NCBI GenBank assembly: GCA_963754315.1
Contig: CAVWFS010000007.1
Span: forward strand, 863,964 to 927,963
DNA from: an uncultured Candidatus Rokubacteria bacterium
GTDB taxonomy: Bacteria; Methylomirabilota; Methylomirabilia; Rokubacteriales; CSP1-6
Direction of reading: 5' to 3'
DNA: 64,000 bases
This document shows, piece after piece, positions 42,011 to 52,277 of the stretch (within the stretch, counting starts at the first letter, position 1; the number at the start of each line of letters is the position of its first letter). A program made the position numbers and the translations under genes. The notes below the pieces were generated by a model. The model was not told the origin of the DNA. It saw only the letters and a list, made by a program, of their open reading frames with translations, and did no database searches.

Positions 42011-42799
42011 CTAGGCGCCCTCGAGGGCCTTGCGCAGATCCTCGCCTTGGCCCTTCCACCACTGGTGCAGGATGTTGATGTCGGTGCCGATACAGAAGTG
42101 GCGCACCCCCATGTCGAGGAAGTACTTGGCCTGATCCGACGTGTTGATCTCGGCACGGGGCGGCACCCCCATCTTGATCGCGGTCTCGAAAACCCGGCGT
42201 TCGACGACACGTAGCTCGGGAGAGTACCGCTCTCCGGCTCGCCCTATACCCATCGAGTAGTCGGAGCCGCCCCACTGCACCATGTCGACGCCCTCGACGG
42301 CGAGGACCTCGGCCAGGTTGTCGACCGTGCCCGGCTTCTCGATCATGATCGCCACCACGACGTCGCGTAACGCCTGCACGTACTCCTTGGTACCGCCATA
42401 GCCCATGTAGGTGAAGCGGCGCGTCGCGACTCCATAGGTGCCCCGATCTTCCGGAGTCTCGGGACGCACGGTGCGTACGCACTCACCCACGTCCGCGGCC
42501 GAGCGACAGTCCGCGAACAGGATGCTGTGGAACCCCGACCCGACAGCGCGTTGCGCCAGAAAGCCCCGGGGCTCCTGGTCAACCTTGAGCATCATCGACA
42601 TGTTGTAGAGATCGGCGGCGCGGCACATGTTGTCGAGGTCGTGGAGATCATAGGGGCCATACTCCCCGACGAATTCCACGTAGTCGTACAGACCGGTGTG
42701 CCCGATCGCTTCGATGACGGACGGCCAGGTGGTGTGGATATGGGTGGCCAGCGTCGGCCTTTCGGCCTTCAGCAACTCCCTCAGCTTGTTCGGTCGCAT
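42011..42799 (-). CDS. HpcH/HpaI aldolase family
   Basis: MIEKPGTVDNLAEVLAVEGVDMVQWGGSDYS. Confidence 0.85.
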   Translation of the reverse strand: MRPNKLRELLKAERPTLATHIHTTWPSVIEAIGHTGLYDYVEFVGEYGPYDLHDLDNMCRAADLYNMSMMLKVDQEPRGFLAQRAVGSGFHSILFADCRSAADVGECVRTVRPETPEDRGTYGVATRRFTYMGYGGTKEYVQALRDVVVAIMIEKPGTVDNLAEVLAVEGVDMVQWGGSDYSMGIGRAGERYSPELRVVERRVFETAIKMGVPPRAEINTSDQAKYFLDMGVRHFCIGTDINILHQWWKGQGEDLRKALEGA

Positions 42800-43069
42800 G
42801 CTGTCCCTCCCGGCGAGCAGTGAGATACCTGATTCTGTCACGGGCCGAGTCGTCGCTGGCCCAGTGTGTGGCCTGGGGGTCAGCCATCTGGCGGGCTATG
42901 GTCTGGGCCGGGTGGAGCCAAGCCCTCGTGATCGTGACCCCCGAACGCTAATCGCCGCCACTCGCAATTCTGATTCTCCCCCTGATCGGCTCGCCCTTTT
43001 GGCGCCGAGGCCGTGCATCCACTTCGGAGGTCGCGCAGGGTGGTATTCTGCTGGCCCAGCAATGGCGCG

Positions 43070-43552
43070 CGCCCCCGACTGGGGCGGCCGCACATCATCC
43101 TGTTGTGGACCGATCAGGAGCGGCACCCACAACACTGGCCGGAGGGCTGGGTCGAGGCAAACTTGCCGTCGAGCAACCGCCTGAAACGGCACGGCCTCTC
43201 GTTCGTGAACGCCTTCACGGCAGCCGCCCAGTGCACACCGAGCCGGGCGACGTTCCTCACCAGCACCTATCCCACAGTGAATGGCGTCACCAACACGCTC
43301 GTCTACCCGCTTCAGAGCCTCCAGCAAAACCTGGCCATCATCATGGGCGCCGCCGGCTACGAGGTGGCCTACAAGGGCAAGTGGCACCTATCGTTGCCCG
43401 TGCAGCTCGGGGCCCCCGGCACCTTCGACCGCCGCCCCCCGCGTGGTCGGAGCAAGACATCGAGCACCTGGCCACAACCTATGGGGCCGCCGAGCGGAAT
43501 CTGCCCGATCCGCCGTTCTGAGAGAACGGGGCCGGCTGCACCGGGCTGCTGA
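43070..43552 (+). pseudogene. Truncated sulfatase N-terminus
   Basis: PHIILLWTDQER; CTPSRA (CxPxR); GYEVAYKGKWHL; ends prematurely. Confidence 0.7.
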
Positions 43553-43680
43553 CGCAACTACTGATCGACGCGGAAGCACTTCCCGGTGGCTTTGCGTGGC
43601 CCCCGGCGCCGTAGTCCACGCGCTCGTGATGTTCGTCTGAATTCCGCGCTGATCCTTAGGAGAGTAGGCTGCGGCGGGCT

Positions 43681-44787
43681 TCAGGCCCAAAATACTCGCT
43701 CGATCAACCAGACGACGCCAGCGGCCGCCAGCGCCATCGAGGCGACCCGGACGATGCGCGGCTCCCATTGACGGTGCTTCAACCACACGAGCAATGGGAG
43801 CAGCGCCATGACGACCGCCGCCTGACCGGTTTCCACGCCCAGATTGAAGGTCAGGAGTGCCCAGGCCCGACGTCCCGGTGGGAGCTGGAGCGGTCCCAGC
43901 GCGCCCGAGAAGCCGAAGCCATGCACGAGCCCGAAGACAAAGCTCACCAACCAGCGCCGCCGGGGCGGCCGCATCGAAACGACGTTCTCGACCGCCACCC
44001 AGATGATGGAGGCCGCAATCACTGACTCGATCAGTCGGTCCGGCAGCGCCACCAGCCCGAACACGGCGAGGGCCAGGGTGATGCTGTGGGCCACGGTGAA
44101 GGCGGTGACGATCTTCAGCAGTGAGAGCAGCGACCCCCCGCGCAAGAGGAGAGCGACCAGGAAGAGCAGATGATCGTAACCGGTCAGGATGTGGTGTACC
44201 CCGAGAAGAAAGAAACTAGCGAGCCCGCTGGTGTCCTTGGCTCCCTCTATGGTGATGCTCGTCTCGCGCGCTTCGGTGGCAAAGACGAACTCTCGGGTCA
44301 TTCCCGGCGCCTCGATCCGGGCCAAGGTGTGATGGTCGGAGCCGAGCACGTCGAAAAGATCATCGTGAATCAGGAGGCTCCGGATCCGCGTCGTGCAGGC
44401 AAAATCCACCACCAGTATCACGCTCTCGACCTCGGCCCGTGCGGGCTCGACGAAGCCCTGGACTGGCTCGCAACGGTTCCCGGGCCCGCTCAGGGACACC
44501 TTCTGGCGGATGTACCCCAGGACCCGCTCCCGGCTCTCGGGGTGACCGGTCCGGGCCAGGACCAGATCCGCGGCGACCGGTCCCGGCGCAGCCGAGGGGG
44601 ACAGCGTCAGGCTATACCGGACGGTATTTCCGCTAATCAGGATCGCCGCGTATCCGGTGCTGCCACCGACATGCGCGGCGGCGTTGAAGCCCCCCGCGGC
44701 GAACACGCCGACGGCCAGGCTCGCTCCGACAAGGACGCGGAAGACGCCCTCTAGGCGCGTGCGCGATACGAGGACCGGCCCGCTCAT
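43681..44787 (-). CDS. HupE/UreJ-family membrane protein with N-terminal periplasmic domain
   Basis: HILTGYDHLLF, FTVAHSITL, FGLVHGFGF, FNLGVE. Confidence 0.88.
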   Translation of the reverse strand: MSGPVLVSRTRLEGVFRVLVGASLAVGVFAAGGFNAAAHVGGSTGYAAILISGNTVRYSLTLSPSAAPGPVAADLVLARTGHPESRERVLGYIRQKVSLSGPGNRCEPVQGFVEPARAEVESVILVVDFACTTRIRSLLIHDDLFDVLGSDHHTLARIEAPGMTREFVFATEARETSITIEGAKDTSGLASFFLLGVHHILTGYDHLLFLVALLLRGGSLLSLLKIVTAFTVAHSITLALAVFGLVALPDRLIESVIAASIIWVAVENVVSMRPPRRRWLVSFVFGLVHGFGFSGALGPLQLPPGRRAWALLTFNLGVETGQAAVVMALLPLLVWLKHRQWEPRIVRVASMALAAAGVVWLIERVFWA

Positions 44788-45350
44788 GGCGGCATCCCTG
44801 CCTCGATCACGAGCTCCCACTCGCGTCCAACGAATACGGGCAGGAGGTAAAGCTCGTCACGGCCGTCGACGCGCACATACTGCAGGATGTCCTGCGGGTT
44901 TCGAGCGCCGAAGCGGGTGCTGAGCACGGTGTCCGTTCCACGATAGAGGGAGACCTCGTAGCGGGGCGGTTCGAGGCCGAATTCGCGGAGCGGCTCGCCG
45001 GCATACTCCTCGCGCGCCATGACGCGGACAGGCGCCGCAGTGTGCATGAAGCGGATTGACATCTCGAGGTGTGGAACGAGTGCGGCGGGGACTTGCGCGA
45101 CCGTCGGCGTCCTCCAGCGGCCCTCGGCACGCAGGAAGACGAGGCGGCGAGCTGCGGCGACGAGCTCGACCCGGTCGATGGTCTCAGGTGCCTCGTGCAT
45201 GAGCCCGGCCGGTTCGAACTTGACATAGTGCTGGCTCTCGCGCATCCGGCCGGAGAGAGCCATGGCTACCAGAAAGGCGAGCGCTCCTAGGGCGGCGGCG
45301 CCGAGCCCCACCCGGCGCGCCCAGGAGCGTCTTACCGGCGCTTCCACCAC
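44784..45350 (-). CDS. DUF4340-like protein
   Basis: N-terminal TM; LREFGLEPP..FGARNP..YVR. Confidence 0.7.
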   Translation of the reverse strand: MVEAPVRRSWARRVGLGAAALGALAFLVAMALSGRMRESQHYVKFEPAGLMHEAPETIDRVELVAAARRLVFLRAEGRWRTPTVAQVPAALVPHLEMSIRFMHTAAPVRVMAREEYAGEPLREFGLEPPRYEVSLYRGTDTVLSTRFGARNPQDILQYVRVDGRDELYLLPVFVGREWELVIEAGMPP

Positions 45351-46882
45351 ACGACCACCCCGACGACCATGACCGACAGAGGCAGGAACACCTCGACGCC
45401 CAGAAAGATCCTTTGCATCTGGTTCCTCGTGAGAAGGACGAGGGCCGGGACCGGGATGCCGGGGCGGACCTTTGGACCGTGATCCTCACGGACGAGCCAG
45501 CGGACCATCGAGAGCGTCAGGTCGCTGTTCGACATGTAAGGGAAGAAGGAGTTGCTGGCGAAATCCGCATCCCCCACCACCACGACGCGGAACGGCTTGG
45601 CCTCGGCGCCCCCCTCGGGCCACCGTCCTTCCACCGCGACGGCCAGCACGCGCGAGCCAGGTTTGCTGTCCTCAGCAGCAGCGTTGGCGGGCGCGGGCGC
45701 CCCGGGGGTCGTGCGATCGCCCACCTGGCGCTCCTCGACCGGGCGGACCGGCCGCACGTAGCTCTCCTTGCTGCTGCGCACGATCGGAGTCACAGACACT
45801 CCCGGCGCCGAGGGGACCACGGTGAGGGGGCGCACTCCGGGAAAGAAGGTGAGAGCGATTCTGGATGTGATCGAGTGCTGCTCGTACACGGGCACGGCCA
45901 CCGACTCGGGATCGGTCGAGTAGTGATCGAGGGGATCGATGACCACCTTCGGCTCGGCTCGTACCCCCAGGCGGGCGAGGAGCGCGCCCAGGCGTGATTC
46001 GATGACGAAGCCCAGGTCGTACATGAAGAGCGCGGCGCCACCCTGGCCCAAATAGGCGGCGAGAAGATCGCTCTCGGCAGGAAGATACGTCGTGCGCGGG
46101 TTCACAGCAATGACCGCCGCGCAGTCAGGGGGGATGCTCGGCAGGGTGGCCGGGATGATCTTCCGCGTTTCATAACCCAGACCCTCGAGCGCGCGCCGCA
46201 ACCGTCCGGCCCCGTGGCCCTCCATCTGAACGAGCGCCGAGCTCTTGTCCCCGTGGGTATGCGCCTGGAGCGTCTCGACGTGGGTGTGAAATTCGAAGTT
46301 GTCGAAGGGATACTCGCCGTGCCCTTCCATGAAGCAGACGGCAATGACCTGTCGGCGGAGGAGCCGGAGAATGCCGATCGCGATGTCACTTTCGTCAGTC
46401 CCCATGACCTGAATCCGCCGGCCATCGGCCTCGAGGACCGCCGCATTGTAGAGGCGGACGCCGTACGTCTCGGCCAGCCGGGGTTGCTTGTCGGGATCCA
46501 CGGTGCGGACGAGCAGATGGGGATGACGCCGGCCCAGCACCTCGAGCAGCGCCTTGGCACGCCGGCCGTTCTGGTCGGCGGCGTGGTAGAAGTACGTGAG
46601 GTGCACATCCTGGGTCAGGGACCGCACGACGTCCTCGGCTTGCCGCGAGGGGGTGAAGGCGCGGTCGCGAGTCAGGTCGACGTGAACGTCGTGAAGGGTG
46701 AGGGCCACATTGGCGAGGGCGGTCGCGCCCACCGCGGCCGTCACGACCACGGTGGCGTACGCGAGGGCTGGGAGCCGCGGCCGCCGCGTCTGTAGCGGCA
46801 GCCGGAGTGCGAGCCGGAACAGCACGAGCAATGCGCACAGCCAGCCGACGAACCAGAGCGCGTTGATCGCCTCGCGGCTCAC
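45332..46882 (-). CDS. GldG-like ABC accessory protein
   Basis: DLTRDRAFTPS, GHGE, VVVGDADFASN, C-terminal TM plus WWKRR. Confidence 0.82.
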   Translation of the reverse strand: MSREAINALWFVGWLCALLVLFRLALRLPLQTRRPRLPALAYATVVVTAAVGATALANVALTLHDVHVDLTRDRAFTPSRQAEDVVRSLTQDVHLTYFYHAADQNGRRAKALLEVLGRRHPHLLVRTVDPDKQPRLAETYGVRLYNAAVLEADGRRIQVMGTDESDIAIGILRLLRRQVIAVCFMEGHGEYPFDNFEFHTHVETLQAHTHGDKSSALVQMEGHGAGRLRRALEGLGYETRKIIPATLPSIPPDCAAVIAVNPRTTYLPAESDLLAAYLGQGGAALFMYDLGFVIESRLGALLARLGVRAEPKVVIDPLDHYSTDPESVAVPVYEQHSITSRIALTFFPGVRPLTVVPSAPGVSVTPIVRSSKESYVRPVRPVEERQVGDRTTPGAPAPANAAAEDSKPGSRVLAVAVEGRWPEGGAEAKPFRVVVVGDADFASNSFFPYMSNSDLTLSMVRWLVREDHGPKVRPGIPVPALVLLTRNQMQRIFLGVEVFLPLSVMVVGVVVWWKRR

Positions 46883-46888
46883 CGCGCT

Positions 46889-47590
46889 CTACCGTCGGCC
46901 GAGCGCCCGTACGCTCAGGAATAGTCCGAGAAGAATGACGCTCACGAAGAACCCGAGGTCCGACAGGAACACTGAACCCGTCGCGAACGGCGTGAAGTGG
47001 GCGAGGAGGGAGAGGGCGCTCGCCACCGTGTCGAAGGGGTCCGGCAGGAGGTAGCCGAGGGAGTCGATCATCCAGAGCAAGAGGAAGATGCCGAGCGACA
47101 CGACAGCGGCCACGAGCTGGTTCGAAGTCAGGCTCGAAACGCAAAGCCCCCCGGCCACCAGCGCGCCGGCCAACAGGACGAGGCCCAAGTACCCTGCGTA
47201 GATCGGCCCCCAGTCGGGTGTCCCGTAGATCCCGAGGACGACCGCATAGCTCGTCGAGAGACCAAGCATCACCAGGACGACCGTCATGCTTGCCATGAAC
47301 TTGGCCAGCACAATCTGAGACTCACTGACCGGCGCGGTCAGGAGCAGCTCGAGGGTGCCGGTCTTCCGCTCCTCCGCGACGAGTCGCATGGTGATGACCG
47401 GCACGATGAGTAGCAGCAGGATCGACGCCTGAAAGAAGATGTGAGTCAGGGTGGCGACCTTGTTGAGGAACAAGATCGTCGTGAAGACGTATCCCATCAG
47501 AACGAGGAAGACAGCGATGAGCGCATAGGCGATTGGCGACAAGAAGACTGCACGTTCTTCCTTGGCCAGAAGGGCGGCGAAGGCTCTCAT
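46889..47590 (-). CDS. ABC-2 permease (GldF-like)
   Basis: TMRLVAEERKTGTLELLLTAP..IVLAKF. Confidence 0.88.
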   Translation of the reverse strand: MRAFAALLAKEERAVFLSPIAYALIAVFLVLMGYVFTTILFLNKVATLTHIFFQASILLLLIVPVITMRLVAEERKTGTLELLLTAPVSESQIVLAKFMASMTVVLVMLGLSTSYAVVLGIYGTPDWGPIYAGYLGLVLLAGALVAGGLCVSSLTSNQLVAAVVSLGIFLLLWMIDSLGYLLPDPFDTVASALSLLAHFTPFATGSVFLSDLGFFVSVILLGLFLSVRALGRR

Positions 47591-48555
47591 GGGGGCCCGT
47601 CCGGCCGACCCACCGGCGCCGGCACCGCATGGTGACCGCCGGTCAGCTCGAGGAACAGCGCTTCGAGATCGACCGGTTCTTCGCGAAGCTCGCTGAGAGC
47701 CAGTCCCGCGCCAACGATTGCCCCGGCGACCTGGTCGGCGGACGCGGTGTGGCTGAGTTCGAGGAGATAGACGCGCACGTCGCCGCCGGCATGGTCGACG
47801 TTGAGCACGGCCACGCCCGGGATGGCGGCGAGGCATCCTGCGGAACGCTCCCACTCTCCGCCCACACGCAGGCGCAGACGCCTTCGTCGCCCGTCACCGC
47901 TCAGGGGATGGACCGCGAGCAGGCGGCCGCCGAGGAGGATGGCCGCCCGGTCGGCGACCTTCTCGATCTCGGACAGGATGTGGGAGGTCACCAGGATGGT
48001 GTGGGCACCGGCGAGGGAACGGATCAGCGCGCGCATCTCGATGATCTGCTTCGGGTCGAGCCCGTTGGTCGGCTCGTCGAGGATGAGCACGCGCGGCTGA
48101 TTGAGGAGGGCCTGAGCGATGGCGACGCGCTGGCGGAATCCCTTCGACAGCTTGCCGATGGGCTGATCGCCGACGGCGCCGAGATCGAGCTGCTCACACA
48201 CGCGCGCGATGGAGGCACGCGTCGTGTCGCCCTTGAGCCCTTTGATGGCTCCCATGAACGCGAGAAATTCGCGTACCCGCATGCCGTCGTAGAGCGGCGT
48301 GTCCTCGGGAACGTAGCCGACCTGTCGCCGGGCCGCTATCGCGCTGTCCATCGTGTCGAGGCCGGCGATGCACGCCCTGCCCGACGACGGCCACAGATAG
48401 CCGCTGAGGATCCGGAGAATCGTCGTCTTGCCCGAGCCGTTGGGCCCGAGCAGCCCCATGACCTCGCCGGGATTTACTTCGAACGAGATGCCGTCGACAG
48501 CCAAGCGTGGTCCGTACCACTTGGTGAGCCCGTCGGCGACGATCATAGGAGTCAT
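47587..48555 (-). CDS. ABC ATP-binding protein (GldA-like)
   Basis: GPNGSGKT, LSKGFRQR, ILDEPTNGLDP. Confidence 0.92.
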   Translation of the reverse strand: MTPMIVADGLTKWYGPRLAVDGISFEVNPGEVMGLLGPNGSGKTTILRILSGYLWPSSGRACIAGLDTMDSAIAARRQVGYVPEDTPLYDGMRVREFLAFMGAIKGLKGDTTRASIARVCEQLDLGAVGDQPIGKLSKGFRQRVAIAQALLNQPRVLILDEPTNGLDPKQIIEMRALIRSLAGAHTILVTSHILSEIEKVADRAAILLGGRLLAVHPLSGDGRRRRLRLRVGGEWERSAGCLAAIPGVAVLNVDHAGGDVRVYLLELSHTASADQVAGAIVGAGLALSELREEPVDLEALFLELTGGHHAVPAPVGRPDGPP

Positions 48556-48646
48556 GGCTCGAGCGGCGAACGCCAGCGCCCGCCCGGACCAGGCGCACAG
48601 CGCCGGTCCGGACGCCTCACATCACGCTGAGCCGTCGGGAGGAGGA

Positions 48647-49543
48647 CTACTCGTAGAACTCTGGCGCCTTCTTCATCGCCCGGTAGGCATCGGCGTCGTG
48701 GGCAGTGAAGAAGTCGGCCTTCTCCCGTGCCTGCATCTCCCGGATCCACTGGTACGCGTTCAAGATCCCCGTCGGACTGTAGGCGAGAGACACGTCCGGG
48801 AGCAGATTCTTGGTGACGTTCTCTTTGAAGTAGACGTTGTCGCTGGTGAGGATCACGGTTCCCGTTTTCGGGAGCCGGACGATCATCATCTGACTGCCTG
48901 GAGTATGGCCGACCCAGCGTTTCACCACCACGCTGTTGTCCGCAAAGATGTCGAGGTCACCATCGAGTTGGACCATCTTGTAGCGGTTCGCTAGGGGGGA
49001 GCCCGGATCGCTGCGCAGCGCCCAGAAGTCCCCGGGGATGTACGGGCCGGCCGTCCCCGCATCGGGCCAGAAGGCGTTCTTCATCTCGTCCCTCTGGACG
49101 ACCAGGGTCGAGTTCGGGAATTTCGAGACATTGCCGCCGTGATCGAGATGCATGTGACCGACGACGACGTAGGCGATGTCGCTGAGCCTCAGCCCGATCT
49201 TCGCCAGCTGCACGTCGATGGCGACGTCCGGCGTGCGCACGGGATTGAGATTCTTCACGAAATCTCCCCAGTAGCTAGGATCGGTGATGATTCGGTCGTT
49301 GTTGCCGGTGTCGAACAGCACATTGCCTTTCGGGTGCTGGACGACGAAGAATCCGACCGGGATCTGGATCTGCGTCGCAGGCGCTCCAGCCTGGAGGGCG
49401 CTCTTGGCGATAGTCAGGGCGCCGGAGCTGAAGGCGTAGAGCTTCATGCCCGCGGGAGACTGGGCTTGGATGGGCGCTCCAAGCCCCAGCAGGCACGCTC
49501 CCACCACCGCCATGGTGATCACTCGAAAACTGGTCCGCCTCAT
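48647..49543 (-). CDS. Exported N-acyl-homoserine-lactonase-family MBL
   Basis: Signal peptide; LFDTG; HMHLDHGG; GHTPGSQ. Confidence 0.85.
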   Translation of the reverse strand: MRRTSFRVITMAVVGACLLGLGAPIQAQSPAGMKLYAFSSGALTIAKSALQAGAPATQIQIPVGFFVVQHPKGNVLFDTGNNDRIITDPSYWGDFVKNLNPVRTPDVAIDVQLAKIGLRLSDIAYVVVGHMHLDHGGNVSKFPNSTLVVQRDEMKNAFWPDAGTAGPYIPGDFWALRSDPGSPLANRYKMVQLDGDLDIFADNSVVVKRWVGHTPGSQMMIVRLPKTGTVILTSDNVYFKENVTKNLLPDVSLAYSPTGILNAYQWIREMQAREKADFFTAHDADAYRAMKKAPEFYE

Positions 49544-49955
49544 TGGGTAACCTCCAGGGGTCGAGCGAGACAATCATGCCTGGAACAGGGGCCGCTCGCG
49601 ATGATCACGCTCCCTTCTACGCCTGATCTCGGGCAACCACACTGTTACGCCACTCCCGCAAGCGTTGTCAAGGTAGGCGCAACGCTCAATTGAGGGTGTC
49701 CGTCGCCAAAACCCCTCCCCTGGCCAAGTGGTTGATCTGTCGGTCCGGCCGGCCACGTCTCGGAAGCGGCGCCCCGTGTCAAGCCGGTACGGTATTTTCG
49801 GAACCCGCACGCCGCGGCGAGGCCCTTTTTGTCTTTGCTTCCGTCAGGAGCCCGGATGCTAGACTCCGCCTTCAGGCGCAAGGATAGCGGGATCGCGACG
49901 TCGTCGTGGTGGGAGCCGGCAACGCCGCGCTCTGTGCCGCCAGGAGGAGATCGCC

Positions 49956-50570
49956 ATGAAACGCTCATCCGTCATCACCATGGGGCTGTTGGTCGTCGGG
50001 TTGACCGCTCTGGGCTGCGCATCGTCCGGTCAGTCCGGCGCGGGCTGGACCACGCTCATCGATGGCACCCAGGGGCTGGATAACTGGAACCGCGTCGGCG
50101 ATGCCAACTGGAGAGCGGAGGACGGGGCCATCGTCGCCGACAAGGGCAAGGGGGGCTTTCTCGTCTCGAAGAATTCCTACAAGGACTTCCAGATCCGGGC
50201 GGAGTTCTGGGCCGATCACACCACGAACAGCGGCATCTTCATCCGCTGCACCGATCCCAGCAAGATCCAGGCCGCCAATTCCTACGAGGTGAACATCTAC
50301 GACCAGCGGCCCGACCCGTCCTACGGTACCGGGGGAATCGTCGATTTCGCCACGGTTTCGCCCATGCCCAAGGCAGGCGGCAAGTGGAACACCTACGAGA
50401 TCACGGCCAAGGGCTCGCAGCTCACCGTCGTGCTGAACGGCGTCCAGACCGTCAGTATCCAGGACAGCAAGTTCGCGCAGGGACCGTTCGCCCTGCAGTT
50501 TGGCAATGGCCCCAAGGATGCCCCTGGCGGCGTCATCAAGTGGCGCAAAGTGCAGATCCGGTCGCTCTAG
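49956..50570 (+). CDS. DUF1080 lipoprotein
   Basis: ALGC lipobox; NSGIFIR; YEVNIYD; WNTYEI. Confidence 0.85.
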   Translation: MKRSSVITMGLLVVGLTALGCASSGQSGAGWTTLIDGTQGLDNWNRVGDANWRAEDGAIVADKGKGGFLVSKNSYKDFQIRAEFWADHTTNSGIFIRCTDPSKIQAANSYEVNIYDQRPDPSYGTGGIVDFATVSPMPKAGGKWNTYEITAKGSQLTVVLNGVQTVSIQDSKFAQGPFALQFGNGPKDAPGGVIKWRKVQIRSL

Positions 50571-50641
50571 GAACATGGGGGGCCTCGAAATGGCGCCGCA
50601 GACCCCGGAGCCGACCAAAGATCGATGACGGAGGACAACGC

Positions 50642-52195
50642 ATGAGCGGTCGAGGCAGCTGGGCCCGTGGATTCGTCGGCACTCTGTTCGGCCTGTTGCT
50701 GTATTCCCTGGTGGCATGCGCGGGAGTCGAAGCGCAGGCGAAGCCAGAGGGCGAGATGCGCTGGGCGCTCTATGTCACCATCGCCCCGGCGTGGCTCGAT
50801 CCGGGTGAAGTCTCGGGTTTCATCACGCCGTTCTGGATCCAGTATGCGATCCACGACGCGCTCGTGAAGCCCATGCCCGGCAACCTCATGACCCCGAGCC
50901 TCGCCGAGTCATGGACGCTGAGCCCTGACCAGCGCGTCTATGAGTTCAAGCTGCGCCAGGGCCTGCGGTTCCACAACGGCGATCCCTTCACCGCCGAGGA
51001 CGTGAAGTTCAGCTTCTATCGCGCCAAGAGCTCCCGCATCCTCAAGGAGAAAGTCCGCGACGTCGAGATCGTCGATCCCCACCGGGTGCGCTTCCACCTG
51101 CACGAGCCGTTTCCCGATTTTATGGCCTTCTACGGGACGCTCGCCACGGCCTCGAGCTGGGTCGTGCCGAAGAAGTACGTCGAGAAGGTCGGCGATGAAG
51201 GCTTCAAGAAGCATCCGATCGGGCTCGGCCCCTACAAGTTCGTGAGCCACACCCCCGGCGTCGAGCTGATCATGGAAGCCAACGAGAGCTACTGGCGCAA
51301 GATGCCGTCGGTCAAGCGCCTGGTCTACAAGAGTGTGCCGGAGCCGACCACGCGGGCCGCCATGCTCAAGAAAGGCGAGGTCGACATCGCCTACCTGCTC
51401 GACGCGCCGACCGCGCTCGAGCTCAAGCGCGATCCGAACCTGAAGCTGGCGTTCTCCGGAGCGATCGGCATCCACTTCATCGACTTCTTCGACCAGTGGG
51501 ATCCGAAGTCGCCGTGGCACGACCGGCGCGTGCGGCTGGCCGCCAACCTCGCGATCGACCGCCGGGGGCTGAGCGAGGCGGAGACGCTCGGCGCGTCCCG
51601 CCTGACCGGCGCCATGGTCCCACAGAAATTCGAGTTCGCGCTGCCGCTCGAGGCCTACCCGCACGACCCCGCCAAGGCCAAGCAGCTTCTGGCCGAGGCG
51701 GGCTATCCCAACGGCTTCGACGCGGGAAACATCTACCCCTATCCGCCCTACTTCTCGATGGGCGAGACCGTGGCGAACGATTTGGCCGCGGTGGGCATCA
51801 GGACCAAGTTCGTGACCATGGAGCGCGCGGCGTTCCAGAAGGCGTGGCTCAGCAAGAGCCTCAAAGGCGTCTGTGTCTGCGTGCACGCAGGCTATGGCAA
51901 CGCGGCGTCACGCATGGCGGAGTTCGTGAGCACGGACGGGTCCTTCGCGCGCGGCGTGGACCCGGACGTGGATACGCTCTACAAGCAGCAGGCGCGCGAG
52001 ACCGACCCCAAGAAGCGCGAGGCCATGCTGCACCGGATCCAGCAGCTGCTCTACGAGCGCGTGCGGTTCGGCCCGATCTGGGAGTACATCTGGCCGAGCG
52101 CGATCGGCCCGCGGGTGGGCGACCCGGCGTTGCTGAAAATCGACCCATACCCGTGGTCCGCGCCGCTGGAGGACGTGACGCTCAAGACCAAGTAA
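50642..52195 (+). CDS. ABC SBP family 5 (peptide/nickel type), orphan
   Basis: PSLAESW, FHNGDPFTAEDVKFS, PIGLGPYKF. Confidence 0.9.
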   Translation: MSGRGSWARGFVGTLFGLLLYSLVACAGVEAQAKPEGEMRWALYVTIAPAWLDPGEVSGFITPFWIQYAIHDALVKPMPGNLMTPSLAESWTLSPDQRVYEFKLRQGLRFHNGDPFTAEDVKFSFYRAKSSRILKEKVRDVEIVDPHRVRFHLHEPFPDFMAFYGTLATASSWVVPKKYVEKVGDEGFKKHPIGLGPYKFVSHTPGVELIMEANESYWRKMPSVKRLVYKSVPEPTTRAAMLKKGEVDIAYLLDAPTALELKRDPNLKLAFSGAIGIHFIDFFDQWDPKSPWHDRRVRLAANLAIDRRGLSEAETLGASRLTGAMVPQKFEFALPLEAYPHDPAKAKQLLAEAGYPNGFDAGNIYPYPPYFSMGETVANDLAAVGIRTKFVTMERAAFQKAWLSKSLKGVCVCVHAGYGNAASRMAEFVSTDGSFARGVDPDVDTLYKQQARETDPKKREAMLHRIQQLLYERVRFGPIWEYIWPSAIGPRVGDPALLKIDPYPWSAPLEDVTLKTK

Positions 52196-52206
52196 CTGAT
52201 GTCAGG

Positions 52207-52236
52207 GGCAACGGCCGGAGCGGTCCGGCCGTTGCC
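52207..52236. terminator. Perfect 13-bp stem hairpin between convergent genes
   Basis: GGCAACGGCCGGA-GCGG-TCCGGCCGTTGCC; no U tract. Confidence 0.45.
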
Positions 52237-52277
52237 GAGGCCTAGGCGATGGTGTCCCTCGCCATCGCTGCGTTCCG

